A stretch of DNA of 64,000 nt from Eledone cirrhosa (lineage: Eukaryota): positions 255,936,001 to 256,000,000 of the forward strand of contig OZ024740.1 in NCBI GenBank assembly GCA_964016885.1. Direction: 5' to 3'. Both the position numbers and the translations under genes were made by a program. Under the pieces are notes generated by a model. That model worked only from the letters and a program-made list of their open reading frames with translations. It was not told where the DNA came from and made no database searches. Below, one piece after another: positions 42,386-56,751 of this stretch (position 1 is the first letter of the stretch; every line of letters starts with the position of its first letter).

Positions 42386-43824
42386 AGGATGGATAAACCA
42401 AGGTACTGATATCTATAAATCCGTTTGCTAATTCAATTAGATATATATCACAAATACATATCATACATATCTGAGAGAACGATCTGATTCGAGTTTCGAC
42501 TCAGATAGTTAGTTCCCTTTTATTCCATCCACACTGATATGTATAAAAATACACAAGCTTAAATTTGACTATTTATTTACATATTTACACATGTTACATC
42601 TCATATAGATACTATTCATCATATATCTCAGTTGTTTAGTGCACAAATTAATATCTGATTGAATTAAGAACTAATGTTATGCAAATTGGCGTTTCCACTT
42701 GGCTGATACTGCCATATTGGGGAGTGGGGGGGGGGAGCTTACAGAGTCAGCAGTTGTGCATTTCTTTGAGGATATGGGCAAGTGTACATTATCTTTGTAG
42801 GGCTCTCCAATTAAAGTCGAAACGCAAGCCAGATCGTTCATTCTTTTTCAGTCCTGGGAGAAATACATGAAAAATATGCACCTTGCTTGGCGGGCTCCAT
42901 TCAGAATTATTGTATCCTTTGAAAGAGCCCCATTAGCTGTAGCAGCTTGACTTCTGACACATTTAGTCACGCAGTACCTCTCTTAGTTTTCCAACTATCT
43001 TGTTATCAAGTAGGCTGCGACATTTTTTATGATAACATTTGTGAAAATCTTTAGTAAATTTGAGATGTCAGAGACCACATGAAATGGTTGAGTAGCTATT
43101 TCAACGCTCAGTTTTATTATAGAAACTGCGTGAAACAGTTTCAACCCGGATAGAAACCATGCTGAGTGTCAGCAAATAATGTTCTAGGGACATGACATGT
43201 TCTTTCATCAACACGAAGCCACAAACAACACAACGTGATTCAGTTGACCAATGGAATATACAAATCTCAATGTAAACATTGACAATTGTACACTTCGTGC
43301 CTGAAAATTTTACATCAGATAATTTCAAGCTTTCTTTCCAGCAAATTACAATACAGTATACGTAATTTATTACAATAGAAAAATATTAGTTGACAACACT
43401 AATTTTATAGAGAATTTTATAAATATTTAGCGGGGTAACGATAGAAATTTTATTAATATTAAAATAGAAACCGAAAATCAAGATACAGATACAGCATATG
43501 TGAAAATAAACATGAAGTCTACCATGACTTAGATGTGACCTTGATGGTTTTATCAGTATTTCTATGACCCTTTGTGACCTACAGTCAAATTTGAAAACCA
43601 CGCGCAATAACTACTCCATTTTCATAGTGAAGATGAAACGTTATTAGATCGACAAATGATATTGGTCCAAACCAAACACGAAGGTCTAATAAGTGCATAT
43701 GTAATATACAAAAGATCCAAAATGAGTACACCGTATCTTTTAAGAGAAATGCTTTTCCCTATTTACACTCCAAAACTAATTAAGGTCCCTTTGTAAATGC
43801 TGTAGTTTTCAGTAAAACGCCTAA

Positions 43825-44175
43825 ACGCTCCGTTATAAGATTAAAAAAAAAACACATCTAATTAATTCGTTATAGAAAGACTTTAAAAACTATATCTAGA
43901 TATTTCGTTATTTTTTTAAAAGCTTCATCGAAATACTTTGTTATAGTAATGCGTTTGAAAGCCTCGTCGAAGTACTTTGTTATAAGGAAGACTTAAATCT
44001 TCGTTTATATAATTCGTGATCGAGAAGTCTTTAAAATCATTCTAAATATTTTTGTTATTGTGATATATTTAAAACCCTCGTCTAAAGAATTTGTTATAGA
44101 GAAGTTTAAAAAGCCTCGTTGAAATCCTTTTATATATGGTTGACTTTAAAAAATTGTTTAAATTCTTTGTTATTA
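43825..44175. repeat. Degenerate minisatellite, units about 38-40 bp
   Basis: Recurring (t)tcgttatag...tttaaaa.cctcgtc.aa motif, about 9 units. Confidence 0.7.
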
Positions 44176-44853
44176 TAATGCGGATAATAATTTAGTATCA
44201 ATTTATTAAAACATGGATTATGTGATATGGAGTCAAGGAAGGATCGCAATACACACATATACAATTAACATGCACATGTATTCACACACATACAGATATA
44301 AATATATACACAAACTTGCTCATAAACATGAATGAACTACATACACTCATGCATGCACATATATGTGCGTACATAAACACATGGATGGAATTCATTATAT
44401 ACAAATACACACACATATAGACACAGGCATATCACATAAAAGCAATTACACACACCCCAGTCTAGAAAAACAGACACATATATATACACCAACGCACATA
44501 CATGCAACACATATATGTTTTTGGAGCTTTAATAGCAGCTTAGTTGGATGTGAGCGATTTTGGCAACCATGTCAGTTGATGGACAGCCAGTTATGTATAT
44601 CATCTCTTATTCTCTCTAAATACTTCGCGCACATCTTTAGCCTATCCGTCTCCCTACCACACCAAAAACAGGGACATACAAACACATAATGTAGTTCACA
44701 ATTTTAGTTCATCAATTTGTCATGATTCACTTATTGTTTAAACATGATTTCCACGAATTAACCAAAGATTTGCAGAGTTTCAAACCCAATATCTGAGGAA
44801 GAATTATATTGTACATACATAGACGCATTCATTTTCTCGGTTTGCTTTGTCAG

Positions 44854-44920
<67 letters not shown>

Positions 44921-44924
44921 AAAG

Positions 44925-45429
44925 GATAACAAGGACGCCACCACAAACGCCACTACCATAAACACCAACACCACAACCACACCCCACACACGCCAACCCG
45001 TCTGCGGACAACCCACCTCCCCAACACCACAGCCCACCTCAGTCAGCGACCGTCACCACCATCTTATCATCACATCCACCCCACATACACTACAGGCCAA
45101 TGCCAATCCGCCACCACCACCACCCAGCCCATCGCAGCCAGCGACCGTCACCAACATCTCATCATCACATCCACCCCCACATACACTACAGGCCAGTACA
45201 TCCCTTTGATCCTTCCCAACAATCAAAACAACTCACATTGTCAAACTCTTCAACTTCTGTGTTTACCGCATAGCATGTATTTCATTTTCTTATAGCATTT
45301 TAAAGGGTCCGTCGAGCTGCCGATCATTGAATCGGGTAGGATCGATACAGATCGTCCCTTGAGCTGATCAGTGGCGAAACGCGAGTGCTCTCCCGGGTGA
45401 ACCTGCAGTAACTCCAAGTTACACCCCCT

Positions 45430-45430
<1 letters not shown>
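44925..45430 (+). mobile_element. PLE-type 3' region with decayed HHR (about 45309-45390) and an internal direct repeat
   Basis: CCGTCGA-gctgccgatca...tgatcagtggc-GAAAC-gcga-GT; cagcgaccgtcacca.catct.atcatcacatccacc occurs twice. Confidence 0.5.
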
Positions 45431-45467
<37 letters not shown>

Positions 45468-45469
<2 letters not shown>

Positions 45470-46290
45470 TAGTTGGCCCATCCGGCTGGCGCTCGGCTAC
45501 CATTGGCGTGTTCTACGGCATACAAATATATTTATATATATAGCTGACGTACCTAGCTTCGCAAGCCGTCTGTGTTGTATAGTATTACTGTTGAAAATAA
45601 ATAGTACAGTACAGAATTACTGCTGAAAATATATAGTATAGTATTACTGTTGAAAATATATAGTATAGTATTACTGTTGAAAATATATAGTACAGTACAG
45701 TATCACTGCTGAAAATATATAGTATAGTATTCCTGTTGAAAATATATAGTACAGTACAGTATTACTGTTGAAAATATATAGTATAGTATAGTATTAATGT
45801 TGAAAATATATAGTATAGTATTACTGTTGAAAATATATAGTATAGTATTCCTGTTGAAAATATATAGTACAGTACAGTATTACTGTTGAAAATATATAGT
45901 ATAGTATTCCTGTTGAAAATATATAGTACAGTACAGTATTACTGTTGAAAATATATAGTACAGTACAGTATTACACGAATATATAATTATATATATATAT
46001 ATAATTAATTAAAAGTTGGTTAGAAGCGAAGTCAATGCAGACATACAGACAGATATAAACGCGCGACGTTATAGCTATGTATCTATCTAAAAAGACAGAG
46101 TAAGATACACAGAAATTTAATCCATGGATACATTAAAAAAAGACGATATTATATATAAACTGCAAAATATATGAATGTTTATTTAAGCGATCGCTAACCG
46201 GAAGTGTTGACATTTGAACATTTTAAAGAAGCGAATCTTTAGATAAACAAAATATCTTTAATCAATAATAACGAAACTTAGTAGACAAAA
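45468..46290 (-). mobile_element. Possible non-autonomous Helitron-like element containing a minisatellite
   Basis: Minus-strand 3' end: GC hairpin (ccgagc-gcca-gccgg) then CTAG|T; 46110-46290 is homologous to 11990-12240 (inverted). Confidence 0.5.
45580..45973. repeat. Minisatellite of 25/30 bp units agtatt(a/c)ctgttgaaaatatatagt(acagt)
   Basis: About 14 tandem units that differ by one 5 nt sub-repeat. Confidence 0.92.
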
Positions 46291-46462
46291 ATATCCTCAT
46301 TTTCTTCCTTGGAAAAAGTTACATCTATGGTGCAAATATGGTGCCATTTGGTCCAGCCCATTTGCCAAACGTTTGTTTCATACATACGGCCGTCAGCTTT
46401 ATTAATATATATATATAAGTAGAAGGGGTATTTAATTTGTTGGAAGTCCGCCACACACACAC

Positions 46463-46493
<31 letters not shown>

Positions 46494-46807
46494 GCTGTGT
46501 CTGTGTGTGTGTGTGTATGTGCGTGTGTGTCGAGCCACCAAGACATTGTCCAGCCTGAGACTATAGTAAAAGACTCTTGCCCAAGGTGCCACAAGGTGGG
46601 ACTGCACCCAAAAACCACGTAATTATAAAGTGATCAACTTAATCACAGTTCTGACTTTATCTGTATATATACTCTATATGACACATATACATATAAATAT
46701 GGTAGCGTCCCAACGGTTGCTCCTCTCTGATATTACTTGTTATCAACACGCACACACAAACATATTTATATATACATGTATATATGTATATATATACATG
46801 TATATAT

Positions 46808-46838
<31 letters not shown>

Positions 46839-47602
46839 CATGTATATATATATATACATGTATATATATATATACATGTATATATATATATAAATATGGG
46901 GGAGCGTATGTGTGTGTATGTATGTATATGTGTATATGTGTGTATATATATATATATACACACATATTGGTTATGAATCGAAGTTGTAGCCGCAATATAG
47001 CAGGTACTAATCGAATTGTTTGAGGCAATCACAATGCAATCAATGGAACGGGAAGTTAATACATTATCGTCCAAAGTAAACACAAACATTAATAAAGTGT
47101 GACACCAAGAAAAACGACCAAAAGCAGTGGCCATACTTGCACCACAATAACGATAAATACAAATAGGTTGAAGACTAACCTGGACCATCTCTAGTTGATT
47201 GGAATCGATAGAAATCGATAAAAATGTTCGATAGGTTTCTAGTGTATATATCAAGGTTAGAACTATATTAGCAATTCTGAAAGGATAGTAGAGAAAACAC
47301 TTTGAATAATTCGAGGTCATTTCTCATTCGAAACGATTGTAAAAGAATAAAATGAAAGAAGATTAATTTTCCATTGTGTCCCAGAAAAATGTATACATAG
47401 TATTATTAGAGTGCTGTTGAAGTAAGTATACATTTTTTGGGTCATCCTGTATATATATATATATATATAAATATATATAAATGGAATAGAATGAAACGAA
47501 ATTTCATTTCTCACTCTTAGTACGGCAGTTACTATATATATATACATGCTACTGTACGTCTGTATACATATATGTATGTACGTATACATACATACTTACA
47601 TT

Positions 47603-47676
<74 letters not shown>

Positions 47677-48087
47677 TACGACGGGCTTCTGCAATTTCCT
47701 TCAACAAAATTCCATTCACAAGAGATAATTGGTCAAGACAAAGCTGGCTGTAGCAGACAACTTATGCCAAAGGGGCCGTGCAGTGAAATTGAACCCGAAG
47801 ACGCGCTTGAGAAGTGGACTCCTTAATGACACAGCTTACCCACATTTGTATATATTTAAGCAAATCAGTATAGCCGTAGCTATGTGTCTGTGTGTGCGTG
47901 TCTTTGTGATTGATGTTTACTGTGTGACTCAGCGTGTGTGTGCACGACAGTGGGCGTATGGCTATCTATGCGTCTCTCAGTGTAAATAAATATATATTCA
48001 GAGTGCGACAATGTATTTAGAAACTCCATGCAGATGGCTATACTGTATCCATTGTTACGTCAGACATACGCATACACGCACACACTC

Positions 48088-48119
<32 letters not shown>

Positions 48120-48124
<5 letters not shown>

Positions 48125-48170
48125 AACAAGTAAGACCCCGACGGCTGAGCTCAAGCCGTTTCGACGGCTA

Positions 48171-48239
<69 letters not shown>

Positions 48240-48372
48240 CAGAATTAGCCGTCGAAACGGCTTGAGCTCAGGCGTCGGGGTCTTACTTGTTCCTATTACC
48301 CACTCTACTACCCTAAGTATTGAGTACTTTGGTGCGTTATGGTCCACCTGGTTCCTTACCACATTTCCTTCG

Positions 48373-48375
<3 letters not shown>
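48120..48375. repeat. Inverted pair of PLE termini (26-28 kb family) around (TA)n
   Basis: 48121-48174 is the reverse complement of 48241-48295. Confidence 0.82.
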
Positions 48376-48425
<50 letters not shown>

Positions 48426-48850
48426 TATATATATATATAGATAGATATATATATATAATGCGTATGTGTAAATATGTGTATATCGATATGTATACATATA
48501 TACACGAATTATACATGTATATATATATATATATGTACACATACGCATTATATATATATATATAAATATGTGTGTAGGTATACATATATATATATATATG
48601 CTATATAGTATATATATATATGTATGTATAAAGAGTCAGGACCCCGACGGCTGAGCTCCGGCCGTTTCGACAGCTAGATCCGAACTGGTATCTTACCATA
48701 CCCTCTTTATTATTGTATATATATACTATATGACACATATATATAAGTATATATACATATATATGTATATATACATATGTGTATATATACTTATATATAT
48801 GTGTCATATCGTATATATACATATATATATATATATATTTAAATACATAT

Positions 48851-48948
48851 ACAGTGTCCCAAGAAAATGTATACACTCTTTTGTTGCTATTAGAGGCAAT
48901 ATTTATTAGAATGCACAGCCTTTGTGTATACATTTTTGAGAGACAATC
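48851..48948. mobile_element. Tiny Tc1/mariner-type MITE (related copy at about 47373-47450)
   Basis: TIR-like cagtgtcccaagaaaatgtataca / tgtatacatttttgagagaca. Confidence 0.55.
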
Positions 48949-48958
48949 TCTCTCTATA

Positions 48959-49048
<90 letters not shown>

Positions 49049-49138
49049 TATATATATATGTATATATACATATATACATATATCCATGTATATATACATA
49101 TATACATATACATTTATACGTACATACATATATGTATA

Positions 49139-49248
<110 letters not shown>

Positions 49249-49263
49249 CTGTGTGTGTCTATG

Positions 49264-49294
<31 letters not shown>

Positions 49295-49897
49295 GTAAAT
49301 ATATATGTGTGTGTGGTGTGTGTATGTGTGTATGAAATGAAACGGTGAAGGATTTTCGCATCCGCGTGATTACATGTTCAAATCAACCGTGCGGTAATTT
49401 GGACAAGTGTCCTCGACAGAAGCTTCGGAGTGACCACTACCTTGTGAGTGATGCTTAACATACAAAAATAGCTGAAGCCTGACTTTTGGAACGATATGTT
49501 CGATTAAATCCATTGAAGGTGGTGTCCGAGCACGGTCACGATTTTGTGCTGGTTCCGATTTTATGTGAAATCCCATAAGCCTAGACTTATATATAAAAGA
49601 TAGTTTAAAAATATAATACTACTTTATACATACACATTTTATTATAGCTATAATTTTACTCATTAGTAGTAAAAATAGAAATTCTTATATATCTACATAG
49701 AATTAATAATAATTATTTATTCAATTTTTTCTATAATTCTTTGTGGCGGCTATGCTGGACATAACCTTGATTTATTTGATCATATCGACAACATTCATAT
49801 TTTTTCAATTATGGAACATCGTTTTTCGGTGTGTTTTTGACTAACTAATAGGATACACCTGTATATATATATATATATATATATATAAAGAAGTAAG

Positions 49898-50310
49898 TGA
49901 CATAGTCACTACTTTAAAACCGATAGTGTATGGTCTTCAAAATGTTTTTAATTAAATATACGATATATTGCCAACTATACTATACATACATTCATGTATA
50001 CATCGCTATTTCAGAGCACCAATCCTAATACCTAATTTTTACTGGACCGGCAATCGCTCTGTATAATCACCTCATGATTATTACTGGAATTCTATAAGAA
50101 TCCAGTTTCTATAATTTTCGGCGGAAGAGGGAGTGCGTGGCTCTGATGATCGCCAAACAGCGTGAAACAGACTGTTAGCTGCTCTCCCTTCTTTCGCCGA
50201 AAAGAACTATATGACATAGTCACGACTTTAAAACCGATAGCGTATGGTCTTCAAAATGTTTTTAATTAAACATACGATATATTGCCAAATATACTATACA
50301 TACATTCATA
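49898..50310 (+). mobile_element. Retrozyme-like unit: 314 bp period, 1.3 copies, non-coding, one HHR
   Basis: About 98 bp direct repeat at 49898 and 50212; (TA)n flanks. Confidence 0.8.
50115..50203 (+). ncRNA. Type I hammerhead ribozyme with extended stem I
   Basis: ttttcggcggaagagggag...gct-CTGATGA-tcgc(caaaca)gcgt-GAAAC-agact-GTT-agc...ctcccttctttcgccgaaaa. Confidence 0.88.
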
Positions 50311-51032
50311 TATATATATATATATATATCACACCGTGTATGCAAAGCTGATCTCTCTGACTTTTACGCAGGAATGAGAGGATAAAGTTAATATAAAGAG
50401 TGGTGTGCTCATGCGCGGAGAAATCTTTTAAAATAGCAACTTCAGTAACCACCTCCTTAAGCATGTAGCCATACGTGCGCCTATGTATTTATAGACTTTT
50501 TGAAAATTGCTCAACAGTTAAGGTCCCTTATACCGAAGCCAGTAAAAGAAATACTTAGATCATGTAAATGTTGCTTATCATTGATACCGCTTACATTTAA
50601 AAGTACACGAGTGATTGAAGGTAACCCCCCCCCCCCCCCCACACACACACACTCTCGCACATACATAAATATATATATCCACACGGATATATCCATCTTT
50701 CTATAAGTATTGGGTACATGAATTGAATATTAAATAAACAACTCCGGTATTATATATATATATGTACGATATTAACAAATGGAAACTATATTTATAAAAC
50801 CATATTTATTTCATTATACATGTTTCAAGGACACCAAGTTAAATTAATATAATATAGAGCAGTTTTATAAATATAGAGCAGTTTTATAAATAAATATTGA
50901 CATACCCTTAAAGAATGCAACCATTACTGTTGGAAGCTCCATCGTATTTTTACTCCAATTATTTGTTGAGTGCTTTATATCAGTTATAAAAATATTTGCT
51001 TGTTGTATCCCAACAATTTAAATAGAACTTTT

Positions 51033-51067
<35 letters not shown>

Positions 51068-51236
51068 GGTGTGTGTGTGGATAGATTTGCATATGTATAT
51101 ATAATATATATATCATAAGAAGCCGGGAGACGACTGCTGATCTCCTGCCGTTTCAACATCTATTTCCTCTACTACCCCAAGTATCGAGCATTCTCTTGTG
51201 TAATGGTCTGAACAGTTTCAAATCAAACTCATCATG

Positions 51237-51293
<57 letters not shown>

Positions 51294-51547
51294 GACATAG
51301 GTATATATATAGGTATATATATATATATATATTATTTTGCTGAGTCCAACCATTTTTGCTGCTATGGCAATGCGGCTGGACTGACAATCGCGATATTTGA
51401 TTTGCAAAGCTGTCTAAACGTATTGTTATTAATCTGGGGGTACTATTCCCTATAGAGTGCTAAAGCTACATACCGAATTTGCATTCATTAGCTTGGCCGC
51501 AACCTAAAGCTTCGTTAATGCTGTACTAAAATTTATATATATATATT

Positions 51548-51878
51548 AAGTAAGATTATTTTAGAAACAGCGAGTGAGTTTGAAATTATTAGAAATGTAA
51601 GCTATCGCCGTATTTTGACTAAAGAAATTAAAGAAATTATTTAGCCTGATAGTGGGGTTAAGAACCCTCGGAGAAATGGAAAAAGATGAGTATTGACGTA
51701 CATTTAGCCTGACAGTGGGGTTAAGAACCCTCGGAGAAATGGAAAAAGATGAGTATTGACGTACATGTACGTCAATACTCATCTTTTTCCACTTCTCCGA
51801 GGGTTCTTAACCCCACTATCAGGCTAAATAATTTCTTTAATTTCTTTAGTCAAAATACGGCGATAGCTTACATTTCTA

Positions 51879-51881
<3 letters not shown>
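51548..51881. repeat. Tandem plus fold-back copy of the 271 bp unit body (tRNA head absent)
   Basis: 63 bp tandem at about 51640 and 51703, then axis at gacgtacatgtacgtc (about 51765). Confidence 0.88.
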
Positions 51882-51935
<54 letters not shown>

Positions 51936-51962
51936 CACAAGTATATATATATATATATATAC

Positions 51963-51995
<33 letters not shown>

Positions 51996-52411
51996 CGTTC
52001 TTCCATAGTCAGTAATGACAAGTTGTTAGTCGGGACACTAACATCCTTCCAGGGCTTACATATAATTGGACTTATTTGAATTATTTTGCGGATATTATTG
52101 AATATATCTCGGTTTTCTGTCGACTGGAATTTAAAGCAAATATTCCATTTGAACAATACACCATTTTATCATTACACAAATACTTTATCTTAACATTAAT
52201 AATTCAAATGTGTTTGCGCATGTTTTCCAATTAAACCCTATATCGTTTCGACTCTTTCTTTCTCTCCCGCCTCTCACTCTGTATGTATGTATGTATGTAT
52301 GTATGTATGTATGTATGTATGTATGTATGTATGTACATCTATATCTTTATATATATTTTAATATAAACGTGTGTATGAGTGTGTGTCTATGGGTACGTGT
52401 GTGCGTTTGCG

Positions 52412-52443
<32 letters not shown>

Positions 52444-52498
52444 TATTTATTTATTTATGGATATATATATTTTATATTCATATATTTATTTATTTATG

Positions 52499-52532
<34 letters not shown>

Positions 52533-52687
52533 CCTATTCTGTTATATTTTATTTTATTTTTATATTTTGTTATTGCCTCCTCCTTATTGAGGACGCCTTG
52601 TTTTGTAAACTCCCCCCATTGTACTTGTCCCACTTTTTGATGCCCTGGTGGCAAATAAAAGAAACATATCTATCTATATATATATAT

Positions 52688-52743
<56 letters not shown>

Positions 52744-52829
52744 GAAAACCAAGGTTTTTAAATTAAATCCATCTTTACTCCCGATATATTCGCACAAACA
52801 CACCTATACATGATATGATATAATATAAT

Positions 52830-52942
52830 ATAAATGTTTCTACTTTTGGCACAAGGACAGCAATAATCCAGTGTATTACTGCTACTTTATTTTATCGACC
52901 CCGTAAGGATGAAAGGCAAAGATTACATCGGCGGGATTTGAA
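52830..52942 (-). mobile_element. Meta-like SINE fragment
   Basis: tcgaccccgtaaggatgaaaggcaaag. Confidence 0.7.
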
Positions 52943-53061
52943 AATAATATAAATATATATATATATGTATGTCCATATGCCAATCAGTGTATGTGTGTGT
53001 GTGTGTTCGTGGGACATTCATATGTACATATACAGTAGTACAACGGTAATGAAATGAACGT

Positions 53062-53203
<142 letters not shown>

Positions 53204-53324
53204 GTCTTTCTCCATCTCTCTACCTATCAGACTCTGTCTGTCTATCTTGATATCTTTTTATCTCTATTTGTAGATATGATGTTAAATTTTATGTAAGTAG
53301 GTTTGTTTATGTATGTGTATATAT

Positions 53325-53418
<94 letters not shown>

Positions 53419-53511
53419 ATAATAAATGTGAAGACTAAAATCCGAAGAGGGCTCCATAAGATCCCGTTAAGGTTGAAAGCACCGATAATTTGCTTAAACT
53501 TTAATCTGTTA

Positions 53512-53601
<90 letters not shown>

Positions 53602-53952
53602 GAGAGAGAGAGAGAGAAATAGAGATGAATATGGATGCAGTAAAAGTCTGTTTAGACCATTACTCACCAGAGTACTCGCTACGTGCGTTATTAGAGTAAG
53701 CTAATATTAAAGAGTTGAGCCTCGCCAGTTGAGCTCATGCCGTTTCATATATATTTGTATATATATGTGTGTCCTAATATTTGTATATAATATATATATG
53801 TGTAGAATATACATATGTATATATGTAACCAATAAGACAAAGCTTAGTACTTAATTAATACATTCTTTTAGGTTCATTCATTATGAGGAAAAAGTATCGA
53901 TATGCTGACTAATCGATAACAGTTATACATCTCCCCACTATTTACATATATG

Positions 53953-53983
<31 letters not shown>

Positions 53984-53994
53984 ATATATATATA

Positions 53995-56714
53995 TAGTAA
54001 TAATAATAAATTTGAAGACTAAAATCAAAAGAGGTCTAGATAAGGATAAATATATATCAAATAAAATCACCTCTGATCTCAACATCCTGGACCGGACCGA
54101 ATATCTGGACCCTATTTCTCCTCACTTTACCCTGAAGGATCACAAATGCAATTTTCCGAACAACCCCCCTATTCGGTTTATTAACCCTATGAACTCCGAT
54201 TTAGGTAGACTTAGTAAAAGGATTCTTGATAGAATTTTACCTGAAATTAGAAGTTTGGCCCCTCTTGCACTGTGGAACAATTCTTTCGCGGTGATTGATT
54301 GGTTCAACGGCATATGCAACAAGGAACATTGCCGTTTCATCCAATTCGACATCAATAATTACTACTCCTCCATCACTTTACCACTTCTCCTTAGAGCTAT
54401 CAATTTCGCTAAAACACTCACAGTGGTTAACGATTTTGAAGTTGATGTCATCCTCAATGCCCGTAAGTCGGTGATTAATTTCGACGACTCTATTTGGATT
54501 AAAAATCTAATAGTACCCCATTCGACGTGAGTATGGGCGCCAGCGATTCTGCGGAGGTTACCGATCTTATCGGCCTTTTCCTTCTTTTCTCTATCAAGGA
54601 CGAATTCCCCAACGTGGGCGGTGGTTTGTACCGTGATGATGGTCTTTTGACCGTGACTAAGTGCGGCCCACGTGTTTGCGACAGGTTCAGAAAAGAACTC
54701 ACAGCCTTCTTTAAAGGCTTCAACCTCTCCATACAGGGTGAGGCCAACCTCTCGGTCGTTAATTACCTCGACGTTACCCTCAATTTATCGAATGACTTGT
54801 ATTACCCGTATAGAAAACCGAATGATACGCTTAATTACATAAGTAAGCATTCTAACCATCCTGCCAGCATAACCAAAAACCTGGTAAGAAACGTTTCTTT
54901 GAGGCTTTCCCGTCTATCTACAAACGAGCATATTTTCAACGACCATTCCACATATTACAATGAAACTCTTGCTCGGGGTGGATTTGTCGATAAAGTAGCA
55001 TATACAGAGTACGAGAATAGACCTAGAAGAAATAGATCCCGACGCATTATATGGTATAACCCACCATATAATATGGAGGTGGCCACACCATTAGCTAAGA
55101 TCTTTCTCTCCCTTATTACGAAGCATTTTCCCCCTACACATAAATATAGTAACATTTTTAATAGAAATACTATTAAAATTTCTTACTCTACGACTCCTAA
55201 CCTTGCATATAACATCACAGCTTCAAATTTAGCTAAACTACCTAGCCGTAGGAACACGTGCAACCCTGTAGTTAGTACTAACTGTAATTGTAGGGATCGG
55301 GTTGACTGCCGCCTATCCGGGAAATGCCTCTCTAGTAACATTGTCTACACATGTAAGGTTGAAACACCCACGTCCCGTAGGGCCTACATAAGGTTAACCG
55401 CCAATAGATTCAAGCAGCGTCTTTATATGCATACCCACTTTTTTCGTTACTCTCTAAAAAGGAATATGACGTCACTTTCAGCTTATATCTGGAGTCTAAA
55501 AGACAACCACACCCAATATAAGTTACACTAGGAGATCCTAGCTAGGGCTAGATCGTATAACGGAAATAAAAGACCATGTGACCTCTGCGCCGCTGAGGTC
55601 CTGGAAATACTCTACGCCACAGACCACATCTTAAACAAAGATTCTGAGGCAATTTCGGCTTGTAAACATTAATTGCACAAAACTTTCCTGTATTACAGCC
55701 CCACATTATACCCTAGTACGATCTATACGCGGATATTTTACGTCTTGATGTGGTAGCTAAGTATATGTTATGTTTGTTCCATTACTTATTTGTATAGGTA
55801 TATATTACCTGTATGTTTTGTGAAGTTACGTATACTTTCTCGTACGTATATTTGATTGTATATGTTATGGCGTATATTTTATATATTCTGGTACATATGC
55901 TTTTGATTATGTGTATACGTGAGTTTTGCGTCTGTGTGAGTATGCGGGTTCGTACGTATGTAGGGTGTGTGTATGTGTACTTCGTGTTTTGGTTGACGTG
56001 CCGCTCCAAACATATGTGTATTTACATCTAGGTATGTGTGTGCGCTTGTTATATACGTATTTAATTATTTATATACGTTTATTTAATTATTTGTATACAC
56101 GCGCACACACACACACATATTTATATGTGCGTGTATTTGTATACCTATGGCGAGTTTTAGGCATATGCTTGTGTATGTACGTATATGGATGCGTGTATGT
56201 ATTTATTTAATTTCAATTACCTCTGTATTTTATTTACTCTATTCTTAACTCTGAAGCCGAGAATCATTCGGTTTCCTAGTTAGAATTTTAGTCTACGACT
56301 TCAGTTATACCATTTACGTGGTTTTGTCTTTGCGTGCAATTGTTCTCCAGGCTCCACATATGACGTATTATCTTCGTTTTTTACGTTCATTGCCAGAGAA
56401 TGTCTCTATGAACCACCTAATAGAATATTAGTCTACCACTTCTTTTATACCATAAACGTGGTTTTGTCTTTGCGTGTAATTGTTTTTCACTGCTCCAAAT
56501 AATGACGTATTATATTCGTTTTTCCCGTTCTTTGCCAGGGAACGTTTCCACGAACCAAAGTATCGTCTTCCTGTCTTCCTCCGGTTGCAACGTTTTTTGA
56601 AATATTTACTTCTGCGTTCACAGATTGACTTTGTTAGTTTCAGAAGATCCCTTTAAGGGTGAAAGCAGCGATTCTTTGCTTAAACTTTAATCTGTTATTT
56701 TAATAAATAAATAA

Positions 56715-56715
<1 letters not shown>
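53995..56715 (+). mobile_element. Hydra-like Penelope element, 5'-truncated, with short inverted terminus at 53995-54057
   Basis: FTLKDHK.NF, RFINP..SDLGRLSK, FIQFDINNYYSSI, FDVSMGASDSAEVTDLIG, GGLYRDDGL, CNCRDRVDCRLSGKC, IVYTC...YIRLT; 140 bp tandem duplication in 3' UTR (about 56280 and 56420). Confidence 0.93.
56636..56686 (+). ncRNA. Hammerhead motif, CAGA core variant
   Basis: agttt-CAGAAGA-t-ccct(tta)aggg-t-GAAA-gca...tgc-TT-aaact; CAGA also present in the 2513 copy. Confidence 0.68.

Positions 56716-56742
<27 letters not shown>

Positions 56743-56751
<9 letters not shown>

Noticed and set aside
45580-45973. Regular repeat array resembling CRISPR
   Set aside because: No unique spacers, no cas genes, eukaryotic context; it is a minisatellite.
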